Assembly (NCBI RefSeq): GCF_009914755.1
Contig: NC_060947.1
Source: the human T2T-CHM13v2.0 reference genome, Homo sapiens
Strand: one strand, 5' to 3'
Length of the DNA: 64,000 bases
Below, piece after piece: positions 39,101 to 53,206 of the stretch. Made by a program: the position numbers and the translations under genes. Position 1 is the stretch's first letter; the number at the start of each line of letters is the position of its first letter. Under the pieces are notes generated by a model. The model was given only the letters and a program-made list of their open reading frames with translations, did not search any database and had not been told where the DNA came from.

Positions 39101-42100
39101 ACACTCACAGTGTAAACAAAGCCGCTGGGAAGTTTAAACTGGGCAGAGCCCACTGCAGCTCAGGGAGGCTGCTGTGGCCAGACTGCCAGATTTCCCTTCT
39201 CCGGGCAGGCCATCTCTGAAAAAAAGGCAGCAGCTCCAGTCAGGGACTTATAGATAAAACTCCCATCTCCCTTAGACAGAGCCCCTGGGGAAAAAGGCAG
39301 CTGTGGGTGGAGCTTCAGAAGACTTAAACGTCCCTGCCTGATGGCTCTGAAGAGAGCAGCGGACCTCCCAGCAGAGCATTCAAGCTCTGCTAAGGGTCAG
39401 ACTGCCTCCTCAAGTGGGTCCCTGACCACCGTGTCTCCTGACTGGGAGACACCTCCCAGTAGGGGCCGACAGAGACCTCATACAGGGGAGCTCTGACTGT
39501 CATCTGGCAGGGGCCCCTCTGAGAGGAAGCTTCCAGAGGAAAGATCAAGCAGCAATCTTTGCTGTTCTGCAGCCTCTGCTGGTGATACCCAGGCAAACAG
39601 GGTCAGGAGTAGACCTCCAGAAAACCCAAGCAGACTGGAAGCAGAGGGGCCTGAGTGTCAGAAGGGAAACAAACAAACAGAAAGGAATAGCATGTACACT
39701 CAAAGACCCCATCTGAAGGTCACCGACATCAAAGACAAAAGGTAGATAAATCCAGAAAGATGGGGAGAAACCAGTACAAAAAGGCTGAAAATTTCAAATG
39801 CCAGAACATCTCTTCTCCTCCAAAGGATCACAACTCCTCGGCAACAAGGGAACAAAACTGGATGGAGAATGAGTTTGATGAATTGACAGAAGTAGGCTTC
39901 AGAAGGTGGGTAATAACAAACTCCTCTGAGCTAAAGGAGCATGTTCTAACCCAATGCAAGGAAGCTAAGAACTTTGAAAAAATGTTAGAAGAATTGCTAA
40001 TTAAAGTAACCAGTGTAAAGAAGAACATAAATGACCTGATGGAGCTGAAAAACACATCACGAGAACTTCGTGAAGCATACTCAAGTTTCAATAGCTGAAT
40101 CAATCAAGTGGAGGAAAGGATATCAGCGATTGGAGATCAACTTAATGAAATCAAGAGAGAAGACAAAATTAGGGAAAAAAGAATAAGAAGGAATGAACAA
40201 AGTCTACAAGAAATATGGGATTATGTGAAAAGACCAAATCTACATTTGATTGGTGTGCCTGAAAGTGATGAGAAGAATGGAACCAAGTTGGAAAACACTC
40301 TTCAGGATATTATCCAGGAGAACTTCCCCAACCTAGCAAGATGGCCAATATTCAAATTCAGGAAATACAGAGAACACCACTAAGATACTCCTGGAGAAGA
40401 GCAACCCCAAATTTTCATCAATAATAGACTTAAATGTCAGATTCACCAAGGTTCAAATGAAGAAAACAATTTTAAGGGCAGCCAGAGAGAAAGGTGGGTT
40501 TACCCACAAAGGGAAGCAGTGGATCTCTCTGCAGAAACCCTACAAGCCAGAAGAGAGTGGGGGCCAATATTCAACATTTTTAAGAAAATAATTTTCAACC
40601 CAGAATTTTATGGCCAGCCAAACTAAACTTCATAAGCAAAGGAGAAATAAAATCCTTTATAGACAAGCAAATGCTGAGAGATTTTGTCACTACCAGGCCT
40701 GCATTACAAGAGCTCCTGGATGAAGCACTAAACATGGAAAGGAACAACCGGTACCAGCGACTGCAAAAACATACCAAATTGTAAAGACCATTGAGGCTAG
40801 GAAGAAACTGCATCAACTAACGAGCAAAATAACCAGCTAACATCACAATGACAGGATCAAATTCACACATAACAATATAAACCTTAAAAGTAAATGGGCA
40901 AAATGCTCCAATTAAAAGACAGACTGGCAAATTAGACAGTCAAGACACATCAGTGTGCTGTATTCAGGAGACCGATATCATGTGCAAAGACACATATAGG
41001 CTCAAAATAAAGGAATGGAGGAATATTTATGAAGCAAATGGAAAGCAAAAAAAAAAAAAAAAAAAAGCAGGAGTTGCAATCCTAATCTCTGGTAAAACAG
41101 ACTTTAAACCAACAAAGATCAAAAGAGACAAAGAAGTGCATTACATAATGATAAAGGGATCAATGCAACAAGAAGAGCTAACTATCCTAAATATATATGC
41201 GCCCAATACAGGAATACCCAGATTCCTAAAGCAAGTTCTTAGAGACCTACAGAGAGACTTAGACTCCCACATAATAATAGTGGGAGACTTTAACACCCCA
41301 CAGTCAACATCAGAGAGATCAACGAGACAGAAAATTAACAAGGGTATTCAGGACTTGAAGTCACGTCTGGGCCAAGAGGGCCTAGTAGACAGCTACAGAA
41401 CTCTCCACCCCAAATCAACAGAGAATACATTCTTCTCAGCATCTCATCACATTTATTCTAAAACCGACCACATAATTGGAAGTAAAATACTCCTTAGCAA
41501 ATGCCAAAGAACTGAAATAATAACAGTCTCTCAGACCACAGTGCAATCAAATTAGAACTCAGGATTAAGAAACTCACTCAAAACCGCTCAACTACATGGA
41601 AACTGAACAACTTGCTCCTAAATGACTACTGGATAAATAACAAAATGAAGGCAGAAATAAAGATGCTCTTTGAAACCAGTGAGAATGAAGACACAACTTA
41701 CCAGAGTCTCTGAGACACTTTTAAAGCAGTGTGTAGAGGGAAATTTATAGCACTAAATGCCCACAAGAGAAAGCAGGAAAGATCTAAAATTACCATGCTA
41801 GCATAAATATTAAAAGAACTATAGAAGCAACAGCAAACGAATTCAAAATCTAGCAGAAGACAAGAAATAACTAAGATCAGAGCAGAACTGAAGGAGATAG
41901 AGACACGAAAAACTTTTCAAAACATCAATTAATCCAGAAGCTGGTTTTTTGAAAAGATCAACAAATAGATAGACCACTAGCCAGATTTATAAAGAAGAAA
42001 AGAGAGAAGAATCAAATAGATGCAATAAAAAATGATAAAGGGGATATCACCACTGATTCCACAGAAATACAAACTACCATCAGAGAATACTATAAATATC

Positions 42101-45100
42101 TCTACACAAATAAACTAAAAAATCTAGAAGAAATGGATAAATTCCTGGACACATACACCCTCCCAAGACTAAACCAGGAAGAACTCGAATCCCTGAATAA
42201 ACCAATAACAGGTTCTGAAATTGAGGCAATAAATAATGGCCTACCAACCAAAAAGAGTCCAGGACCAGATGGATTCACACCCAAATTCTGCCAGATGTAT
42301 AAAAAGGAGCTGGTGCCATTCCTTCTGAAACTCTTCCAACAATAGAAAAAGAGGGAATCCTCCCTAACTCATTTTATGAGGCCAGCATCATCCTGATACC
42401 AAAACCTGGCAGAGACACAACAAAAAAAGAAAATTTCAGGCCAATATCCCTGATGAACATCGATGTGAAAATCCTCAATAAAATACTGGCAAACCGAATC
42501 CAGCAGCACATTAAAAAGCTTATCCAACATGATCAAGTCGTCTTCATCCCTGGGATACAAGGCTGGTTCAACATACGCAAATCAATAAATGTAATACATC
42601 ACGTCAACAGAACCAATGACAAAAAGCACATGATTATCTCAATAGATGCAGAAAAGGCCTTTGATAAAATTCAACACCCCTTCATGCTAAAAACTCTCAA
42701 TAAACTGGGCATCAATCGAGTGTATCTCAAATAATAAGAGCTGTTTATGACAAACCCACAGCTAATATAATACAAATGGGCAAAAACTGGAAGCATTCCC
42801 TTTGAAAACTGGCACAAGATAAGGATGTCCTCTCTCACCACTCCTATTCAACATAGTATTGGAAGTTCTGGCCAGGGTAATCAGGCAAGAGAAAGAAATA
42901 AAGGGTATTCACATAGGAAGAGAGGAAGTCAAATTGTCTTTCTTTGCAGTTGACATGATTTTATACTTAGAAAACCCCATCATCTCAGTCCAAAATCTCC
43001 TTAAGCTGATAAGCAACTTCAGCAAAGTCTCAGGATACAAAATCAATGTGCAAAAATCACAAGCATTTCTATACACCAATAACAGACAAACAGAGAGCCA
43101 AATCATGAGTGAACTCCCGTTCACAATTGCTACAAAGAGAATAAAATACCTAGGAATACAACTTACAGGGGATGTGAAGGACCTCTTCAAGGAGAACTAC
43201 AAACCACTACTCAAGGAAATAAGAGAGGACTCAAACAAATGGAAAAACATTCCATACTCATGGATAGGAAGAATCAATATTGTGAAAATGGCCATACTGC
43301 CCAAAGTAATTTGTAAATTCAATGCTATCCCCATCAATCTACCAATGACTTTCTTCACAGAATTGGAAAAAACTACTTTAAACTTCATATGGAACCAAAA
43401 AAGAGCCTGCATAGCCCAGACAATCCTAAGCAAGAAAAATAAACCCGGAGGCATCATGCTACCTTATTTCAAACTATACTACAAGGCTACAGTAACCAAA
43501 ACAGCATGGTACTGGTACCAAAACACATATATAGGCCAATAGAACAGAATGGAAGCCTCAGAAATAACACCACACATTTACAACCATCTCATCTTTGGCA
43601 AACCTGACACAAAAAAAGCAATGGGGAACAGATTCCCTATTTAATAAATGTTGTTGGGAAAAACTGGCTAGCCATATGCAGAAAACGGAAACTGGACCCT
43701 TTCCTTACACCTGATACAAAAGTCAACTCAAGATGGATCAAAGACTTAAACATAAGACCTAGGACCATAAAAATTCTAGAATAAAACCTGGGCAATGCCA
43801 TTCAGGACATAGGCATGGGCAAAGACTTCATGAGCAAAACACCAAAAGCAATGGCAACAAAAGCCAAAATTGACAAATCTGATCTAATTAAACTAAAGAG
43901 CTTCTGCACAGCAAAAGAAACTATCATCAGAGTGAACAGGCAAAGGTCTGACAAAGGTCTAATATCCAGAATCTACAAAGAACTTCAACAAATTTCCAAG
44001 AAAAAAAACAAACAACCCCATCAAAAAGTGGGCAAAGGATATGAACAGACACTTCTCAAAAGAAGACATTTGCACAGCCAACTGACATATGAAAAAATGC
44101 TCATCATCACTGATCATTAGAGAAATGGAAATTAAAACCACAATGAGATACCATCTCATGTCAGTTAGAATGGCGATCATGAAATGTCAGGAAGCAACAG
44201 ATGCTGGAGAGGATGTGGAGAAATAGGAATGCTTTTACACTGTTGGTGGGAGTGTAAATTAGTTCAACCATTGTGGAAGACAGTGTGGTGATTCCTCAAG
44301 GATCTAGAACCAGAAATACCATTTGACCCAGCAATCCCATTACTGGGTATATACTCAAAAGTTGATAAATCATTCTACTATAAAAACACGTGCACACGTA
44401 TGTTTATTTCAGCACTATTTACAATAGCAAAGACTTGGAATCAACCCAAATTTTCATCAATAATAGACTGGATAATGTAAATGTGGCACATATACACCAT
44501 GGAATACTATGCAGCCATAAAAAAAGATGAGTTCATGTCCTTTGCAGGGACATGGATGAAGCTGGAAACCATCATTCTCAGCAAACTATCACAAGAACAG
44601 AAAACCAAACACCACATGTTCTCACTCATAAGTGGGAGTTGAACAGTGAGAACACATGGACATAGGGAGGCAAACATCACACACTGGGGCCTATCAGGGG
44701 GTGAGGTGTGTTGGGGGCATAACATTAGGAGAAATACCTAATGTAGGTGATGGGTTGATGGGTACAGCAAACTACCAGGGCACATATACACCTATGTAAC
44801 AAAACTGCACATTCTGCACATGTACTCCAGAACTTAAAGTATATAAAAAATAGACAGGCTATTTGAAAATACACAGCAAGAGGATACAAAAGAAAAAAAA
44901 CAATAAGATATGCTTACAGGATCTAGAAAATAGTCTCAAAAGGGCAAATCTAACCGTTGTTGGCCTTAAAGAGGAGGTAGAGAGAGAGAGATAGGCATTG
45001 AAGTTTATTAAATAGGATAATAACAGAGAACTTTCAAAGTATAGAGAACAGTATCAATACTCAAGTACAGGAAGGTTGTCGAACACCAAGCAGATTTAAT

Positions 45101-47060
45101 CCAAAGAAGACTATCACAAGACATTTAATAATCAAACTCCAAAAGGTTAAGAATAAAGAATAGATTATAAAAGCAAGAGAAAAGAAACAAAGAAGATAAA
45201 ATGAAGCTCCAATATGTTTGGCAGCAGAGTTTTCAATTAAAACCTTACAGACCAGGAGAGAGTGGCACAACATATTTAAAGTGCTGAAGGGAAAAAAAAA
45301 ACACTTTTACTCTAGAATAGTATATTCAGCAAAAATATTCTTCAAACATGAAGGAGAAATAAAGACTCTCCCAGATAAACAAAAGCTGAGAGATATCATC
45401 AACACCAAACCTGTTCTACAAGAAATGCTAAAAAGTGTTCTTTAACCTGAAAGAAATGGATGTTAATGAGCAATAAGAAATCATCTGCAGGTAATAGCAA
45501 GTACAGAGAAAAATACAGAATATTATAACATTGTAATGGTGGTGTGTAAACTACTAATATATTAAGTGAAAAGATGAAAAGATAAACCAAACAAAATAAT
45601 AGCTACAACTTCTCAAGACAAAGACAATACAATAAGATATAAATAGAAAGAACAAGTTGCTAAAAAGTGGGGAGATGAAGTTAAAGTATAGAGTTTTTAT
45701 TTGTTATATTTTTGCTTGTCTGTTTCTTTATGCAACCAGTGTTGTTATAAGCTTTTAAAAATAGATTATAAGATATTATTTGCAAGCCTCATGATAATCT
45801 AAAATCTAAAATATATACAATAGACAAAAAAACTTCTAAGAAATTTAAAACATACCACAAGAGAAAATCACCTTCACTAAAAGACAGAAAGGAGAAAAAG
45901 AAAGACAAGACTACAAAACAACCAGAAAACAAATAACAAAATGGTAGAAGTAAGTACTTACAAATCAGTAATAATACTGAATATAAATAAAGTAAACCTC
46001 CAGACAAAAGACACAGAGTGGCTGAATAAAAAACAAGACCTAACAATTCGCTGTCTACAAGAAGCACACTTTATCTAGAAAGACACACATAGACTGAAAG
46101 TTAAAACATAAAAAAGTTATTCAATGCACATGGAAATAAAAAAAGAGTAGGGGTAGCTATACTTAGATAAAACAAATAGATTTCAAGACAAAAACTCTAA
46201 GAAGATACAAAGAAGGTCATTATATAATGATAAAGGGGTCAATGCAGCAAGAGAATATAACAACTGTAAATATAAATACACCCAACACTGTAGCACACAG
46301 ATAAATAAAGTAAATATTATTAGAGCTAAAGTTAGAAATACAGCCCAATACAATAATAGCTGGAGCTCACAACACCTTACTTTTAGCATTGGACAGATCA
46401 TGCAGACAGAATATCAATGAAGAATCATTGAACTTAACCTGCACTATAGAACAAAGAGACCTAATAGATATTTATGGAACATTTCATTCAATGGCCACAG
46501 ATTGTTCTCCTCAGCATATGAATCATTCTCAAGAACAGGCCATATGTTAAGCCAAAAAAATCTTAAAACATTTAAAAAATTGAAATAATATAAAATATCT
46601 TTTTCGATTACAATAGAATAAAACCAGAAATTGATAGCAAGACTAATTTGGGAAATTATACAAACACAAGGAAATTCAACAATATGCTCCTGGATAACCA
46701 GTGCATCAATTAAGAGATTAAAAAGAAAATTACACAACTTCTTCAAAGAAGCAATAATAAAAACACAACACATCAATACCTAGGGGTTCCAGTTAAAGCA
46801 ATACTGAGGAAAATTTATAGCTATAAGTGCCTATAAACTTTAAGAAATAAGAAAAGCTTCAAATAAACAACCTAATAATGCATCTTAAACAACTGGAAAA
46901 GCAAGAGGTGAACTAACCCAAACTCAGTAGAAGAAAAAAAATAATAAAAGTCAGAGCAGATATAAAATGAAAATGAAGAAATCCAAACAAAAGATGGACA
47001 AAAATCAAAAGTTGGGTTTTTGAAACAATGAATAAAATTGACAAACCATTAGTCAAACTG
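36159..47060 (+). mobile_element. L1M1/L1M2 (L1MA-type) 5'UTR, ORF1 and 5' part of ORF2 (36159-38441 plus 44852-47060), split by the L1PA7 insertion
   Basis: 5'UTR ACACAAAAAGCACCTTC..CACAGTACCTGGCTTTAACTTCATATCACTG. ORF1 reads through the TSD (AGACAGGCTAT|TTGAAAATACACAG). ORF 45218..45445 (RREWHNIFKVLK). EN remnants at 45950-46800. Confidence 0.75.
38442..44851 (+). mobile_element. Full-length L1PA7-like element with disrupted ORFs
   Basis: Complete 5'UTR, ORF1 fragments (39760..40098, 40108..40383), ORF2 fragments (40953..44120) and 3'UTR. TSD AGACAGGCTAT at 38431-38441 and 44852-44862, with TT/AAAA upstream. Confidence 0.93.
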
Positions 47061-47745
47061 ACAGTGTGCTTCTTGTAGACAGTAGATCATTGTCTTTTTA
47101 AAAAAAATTTATTCAGCTACTCTGTCTTCTGTTTGGAGAGTTTACTTCATTTATATTCAATGTTATTATTGATATGTAAGTAGTTTCTGTATTAATATTC
47201 ATCAGTGATATTGGTCTATAGTTTTCTTTTTTTGATGAGTCTTTGTTGGATTTTGGTATCAGTACTGGCCTCATAGAATGAGTTTTTAAATGTTCCATCT
47301 GCCTCTATTTTTCAGAATAGTTTCAGTAGGATTGGTATTAATTTTTCTTTAAATTTTTGGTAAAATTCAGCAATGAAGTTATTGATTCCCAGGCTTTTCT
47401 TTGTGGGAAGTTTTTATAATGGCCTTGATCTTACGACTTGTTACTGGTCTGTTCAGGTTTTGGATTTCTTCTTGGTTCAATCTTGGAAGGTTGTATGAGT
47501 CTAGGACCTTATCCAATTTTTTTAGGTTTCCCAATTTATAAAGTCCTCATAGTTGCCTTTAACAATCCTTTGAATTGCTGAAGTATTGGGTGTAGTGTCT
47601 CCTTTTTTATCTCTGATTTTATTTATTTGGGCCCAGAGACAGTGGACTCCAGGGTGAGGGTAGTATGTGACCTGCTGAGACACCAGCTGGGGGAGCTAAG
47701 CGAGTGTTGGCATAACCTCTCCCTTAACACCAGGCTACACAGCTT
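47061..47745. mobile_element. Mosaic of L1M-type pieces: minus ORF2 start (47061-47182), minus ORF2 middle (47183-47630), plus 5'UTR piece (~47631-47745)
   Basis: ORF 47113..47298 (minus) fuses [13 protein letters not shown] to TYISIITLNINEVNSP. 47631-47745 resembles 36630-36730. Confidence 0.65.
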
Positions 47746-47872
47746 ATCTTAAGTATTCCTACCGTACCAAAAAAAATGATAACTTTGTAAGGTGGTGGAT
47801 ATGTTAATTAGCCTGATTGTGGTAATCATCTCAAAATGTACACATAAATCAAAACCTTATGCTGTATACCTC
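47746..47872 (+). mobile_element. L1MA9/L1MB-like 3' end fragment
   Basis: GGTGGATATGTTAATTAGCCTGATTGTGGTAATCAT..ATCAAAAC..TGTATACC. Confidence 0.7.
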
Positions 47873-49830
47873 AGCTGAGTCATCAAAGAGCAGGAGGATC
47901 TATGTACTAAGGATAATGAAGATTATCCTAGCTTCAAGGAAGAAATAATGCATGAAAAATCCAATAGCCAAAGTGGAGTGAGTCACTTTTATTACCCACC
48001 TAGTGAATTCCAAGGGAACATTTATATTGCATCCAATAAGCAAGGAAAGGCAATGACATTCTCTAAAATAAAAATTCAAATGATGTTTGTAAGCGTTTAC
48101 TGGAGATATCAATGCAGAAAAGTTATGCTTCTTTTAGCTTGAAGCAGCTCAACCTTTTCCAGTTAAAAAAGTTTGAATGTATCCTCATTTATCCGATTTA
48201 CTATAGTAGAACCCTTTCAAATTTTCTCAATGTTTGGCAATATTTATATTATTTTGGCAATAAAGAAATGACTTCATAAAGTAAAACCATAGATATAAAC
48301 AATCATAATGACTAAATGGGTTGTACTGAAGAATAAGAAACTGAAGGAGACATTTTGATCCTTGAGACTATATTAGAACTCTTTCACTCCATAATTACTT
48401 ATTAAGTAGCTATTGGGTGCCAGGGTGTTTACTGAATAGGTTAGATTTTGACAAACAAAGTGAAAAGAATACATTCCAGATAGAAATAGCAGCATGTAAC
48501 TAATGGGAGTTTAAAATGAGTAAAAAAATGTTTAGGGAACTAGGGTCAGGGACTCATGCATAAGATGCGTGAGCAGGTGAGGCCAGAAAGGGAATTTTGT
48601 AAAAGTGATTGAGTGCCTCATTGAGACACTGAGGAAACTTTCAAGATCATATAAACGGTTTTACTTGAAGATCTCCTTTGGATCTGTTTCAGTCTACTAA
48701 TAGCTTTCTACACAAACCCCAGCTTGTTCTGGTTTTCTGATCGATGAATGATAAGCACGTGAAAAGAAGTTCAATTGAGTTTATGGAAGGTATAGCTAAA
48801 TGTTAAGGGAATGTTTTCCTACCTTCAAACTGAACCTCTCTTTGTAAACCTGAGTAAATCCCTAAGAAGAGAACATTCACACCTGAAATAATTGAATTTA
48901 AATCCTATCCCTTGAAGAAGTATAAACGTGTCTGGACAATATCCACAGCTCATAAATTCAGCAGCAGGTGGAAATCCAGCTCATTTCCTTAAATATATGC
49001 ACATGTGCCAGTTAGGACAGTTTCTCTCTGGAAGAAGGGAAACAAGTTAAAAGAGAAATTTTATTTCTACTCAGCCTGCCACATTTAGTTCATCAGTCTA
49101 GAGTGGTACACTACTTCAGAAAGCAGATTCCACAGAAAATCCATATGGTATAGAGGCTTTTCTTGGCCACCAGGAAAGAAAGTTCCCATTCCAGGAGAAG
49201 CAGGAATGTGCAATGATGTGAAACATCAACACGAGAACTTCTGTAATTTTACATGTAAGTATTTCTACAAAAATGATGGAAGCTTGGATTTCATCATGTG
49301 GGTTTGGGCTATTGCATTACTGTTAAATATAGGACTGAGCCAATGCCTTCAGCAACAACAGAATGTCTATCCAAGTTTGGATACTTTCATTCCCTTTCTA
49401 TCCCTTCATGAGATCCGTGAATCTTAAAATCCACATGATGTTTCAGAGTTTATTTGGCCAATTCCCTACCTCCAGATAGGTCTCACAGCAAGGTTAGATG
49501 TATGCTATGGAAAAGAAAGACAATATGAGGAGAAGGCAGGACAGTCTGAGAATCAGTAAGATGTAGATTCTGGTCTTGCTCCTGCTATTAATTTAGTTGG
49601 GTAAGATAGTTCCACTATTTGGCATTTGTTCCCTTTTACTAGGGTGCTAGAAAACATGAGCTTAATACCTTTCAGCTCTGAAATCCTGGGTTAGATGAAT
49701 GTTAGTGGTTTATCATTTGCATATGCACCATCTCCTTTCTACAACTCCCATCTCCTCACCCCACGATAGACACTCTCTTCAGAAACTCATTGTCCTCTTT
49801 TCCTTGCCATCACACTACATCTCTCTAAAC

Positions 49831-49968
49831 CAGGGTTTCTGACCACTGTTGACATTTTGCACGGGGTAACTTTTTTATCGTGGAGGTCTGTCCTGTGTAT
49901 TGTATGGTGTTTAGTAGAACCCAGGCCTCAACCCACTAGTTGCCAGTAGCATCACACATGCACTCCCC

Positions 49969-50003
<35 letters not shown>

Positions 50004-50084
50004 CCAGCTGTGGCAACTAAAAATGTATCTACACATTGCCAAATATTCCCTTGGATATAAAACCTTCCCAGTTAAGAATCCTAC
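49831..50084 (-). mobile_element. MER20 (hAT-Charlie DNA transposon fossil) containing (CA)16
   Basis: CAGGGTTTCT...CTGTCCTGTGTATTGTA...ACCCACTAGTTGCCAGTAGCA...AAAAATGTATCTACACATTGCCAAAT. (CA)16 at 49971-50002. Confidence 0.85.
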
Positions 50085-50279
50085 CATAAAGACACACATC
50101 AAAATTAAAGCATGAAAGAATGTGAAAAATGCATTCAGACTGAAACGGCAGTAAAACCCTCAAAGAGATTGGAAAATGGAAGAGACTACTCTAAATGTGA
50201 TAAATTGCCAGTCACTGGAGCTAAATAGAAGCTGTGTAAGAATGTAGTAAGAATGTGTTCTTGGTTTCACTTTTGCTAC

Positions 50280-50710
50280 ACCATTCCATTCTCCATATGG
50301 CTACCAATATGAATTTCTGAAAATATAAATTAGATAATATTACTTCCTGCTTAAAACCTTCCAATGACCTCCTGTCCACTTGGAACAAGATCTAAGCTCA
50401 TTGCTAGATGCTATGAAGTCTCATACAAAGTAGTCATTGCCTGTCTTTTCAACTTTATCTTGTACTAGTCTTCCCTTAGTCATTGTATGCAAAACTTGCC
50501 CAAACAAGCCAATCTCTTTCCATATCTCCACATCTTCATACTCACTGTTCTCTCTTCCCAGTATGTTCTTATTTTAGATATTTGCATGACTAGCTCCTTC
50601 TCATCTTTTAAATTTTGTGTTCTTAGGGAGGACTTCTCTAACCACTCTATCTTAAATAGCTATCCCCATCTTAACCCATTATTTGATATTGGAGCACCTT
50701 CTACATGTTT

Positions 50711-50799
<89 letters not shown>

Positions 50800-50980
50800 G
50801 TGTTTTCTACAATTTTTAATGATCTTCATGTTTAATTTTTTATTGTCTATTTACCACCACCTCCAAGATTAAGTTTTCTGAGACAAGGAGACATGTCTCC
50901 TTTTATTTTAGTACAAATACCACAGCTCTTGGTAAAGTGCTTGGCACATAGGAGGTAGTCAATAAATATTTGCTGAATGA
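50280..50980 (+). mobile_element. L2 3' fragment
   Basis: CTGCTTAAAACCTTCCAATG core and GGCACATAGGAGGTAGTCAATAAATATTTGCTGAATGA terminus. Confidence 0.75.
50715..50790. repeat. Compound microsatellite (CT)22(AT)16
   Basis: Counted directly: CT repeats at 50715-50758 and AT repeats at 50759-50790. Confidence 0.98.
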
Positions 50981-51069
50981 TCATCAATGTAGAGATATCC
51001 ATGTGTGGTAAGAGGTTGAGCCCTTGAGCATAAAAGACCCTTTTAACTTTACAAGTTCTATAATGCTGT

Positions 51070-52150
<1,081 letters not shown>

Positions 52151-52384
52151 AAGGTTGCTTTAGTGATTATGGTTTTATGCTAAAAACCCAGCCTCCAAAT
52201 ATACATGGAGTCACGTTACTCAAGAATCTCCTAAAATACACCAGCAACATTTTATCTGTTTGAGAGTCCCCTAATGGACTGAATCTCTTACAAGAAGTGT
52301 TGGCATGATGAATTATTAAATCTTGAAAAGATGTTAGAGTTTTCTTTTTTGATCTTTTATGCAGCATCTTGAAAAGGCAATGAA

Positions 52385-52520
52385 TGGTGGATCAATAAAC
52401 CCTAGGTTCAAGTGCCAGCTCTGGCAGTAACTCACTTTGTAACACTGAGCAAGTCATTATCAAAGAGTAAGTAAATCTCCTTTCTGGACTTCAGCTTTTC
52501 TCATCTGACAATAATGAGAA
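52385..52520 (+). mobile_element. MIR fragment
   Basis: CCTAGGTTCAAGTGCCAGCTCTG..ACTGAGCAAGTCA..CTTCAGCTTTTCTCATCTG core. Confidence 0.65.
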
Positions 52521-53206
52521 AGCTGTCTTCACTAGTCCTATCCTCTGTGTTTTAGGAAATCCCCTTTTACTCACTTGTTTTTGCCTCCTCCTTTCAAAAC
52601 TCCAAGAGTGTTTCTGAGTCCACACTTTATGTGCAACCATACTTGACAAAAATGACTGGTTTACATCCATGGCCCTACTTCCCAGAAGATTTCTCTTTCA
52701 CTCTAGCATTTTATCCCACTATTATCAAGGTTATCCCTGGGTAATTACTTAAGTCATCTAAAGAGTTTTTTACAATTCCAGGAGTCAGTGGGTTAATATA
52801 GCTTTGGAGCTATATTGGAAAGGCCCTAACAACAAACCTCCCTGACCTTTGATCCATGACACAACTCACTTGTCAACTTTCCATTTCTCATGGTGATAAT
52901 CATTCTAGAAATATCATACAAGACAGATTCCTGAAATGATATATTTTTCAAAAATAATGAAAGGAAAGAGGCAATTGGTAACTGAGTCATGCATCAGCAA
53001 ATATGCATCAGTATCTACCCTGTATCAACACTATGAAAAGTTTACAATCTACTAGTTGCTTGGTTATCTTTAAGATACTGATTTAGTTGACATAGACCCA
53101 AGACCCCTTTTGCCAAGTCCTCAACAAGGCTCTGAATTGGGAGGTTGGAGAATAAAACATAGTTTGGATAGCAGAAAACTACTCACTAAAGGTGTGATTT
53201 AGATGA

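Noticed and set aside
52795-52816. Perfect 9-bp hairpin AATATAGCT-TTGG-AGCTATATT
   Set aside because: A stem this short is expected by chance in 64 kb of AT-rich DNA, and there is no pre-miRNA-length extension.
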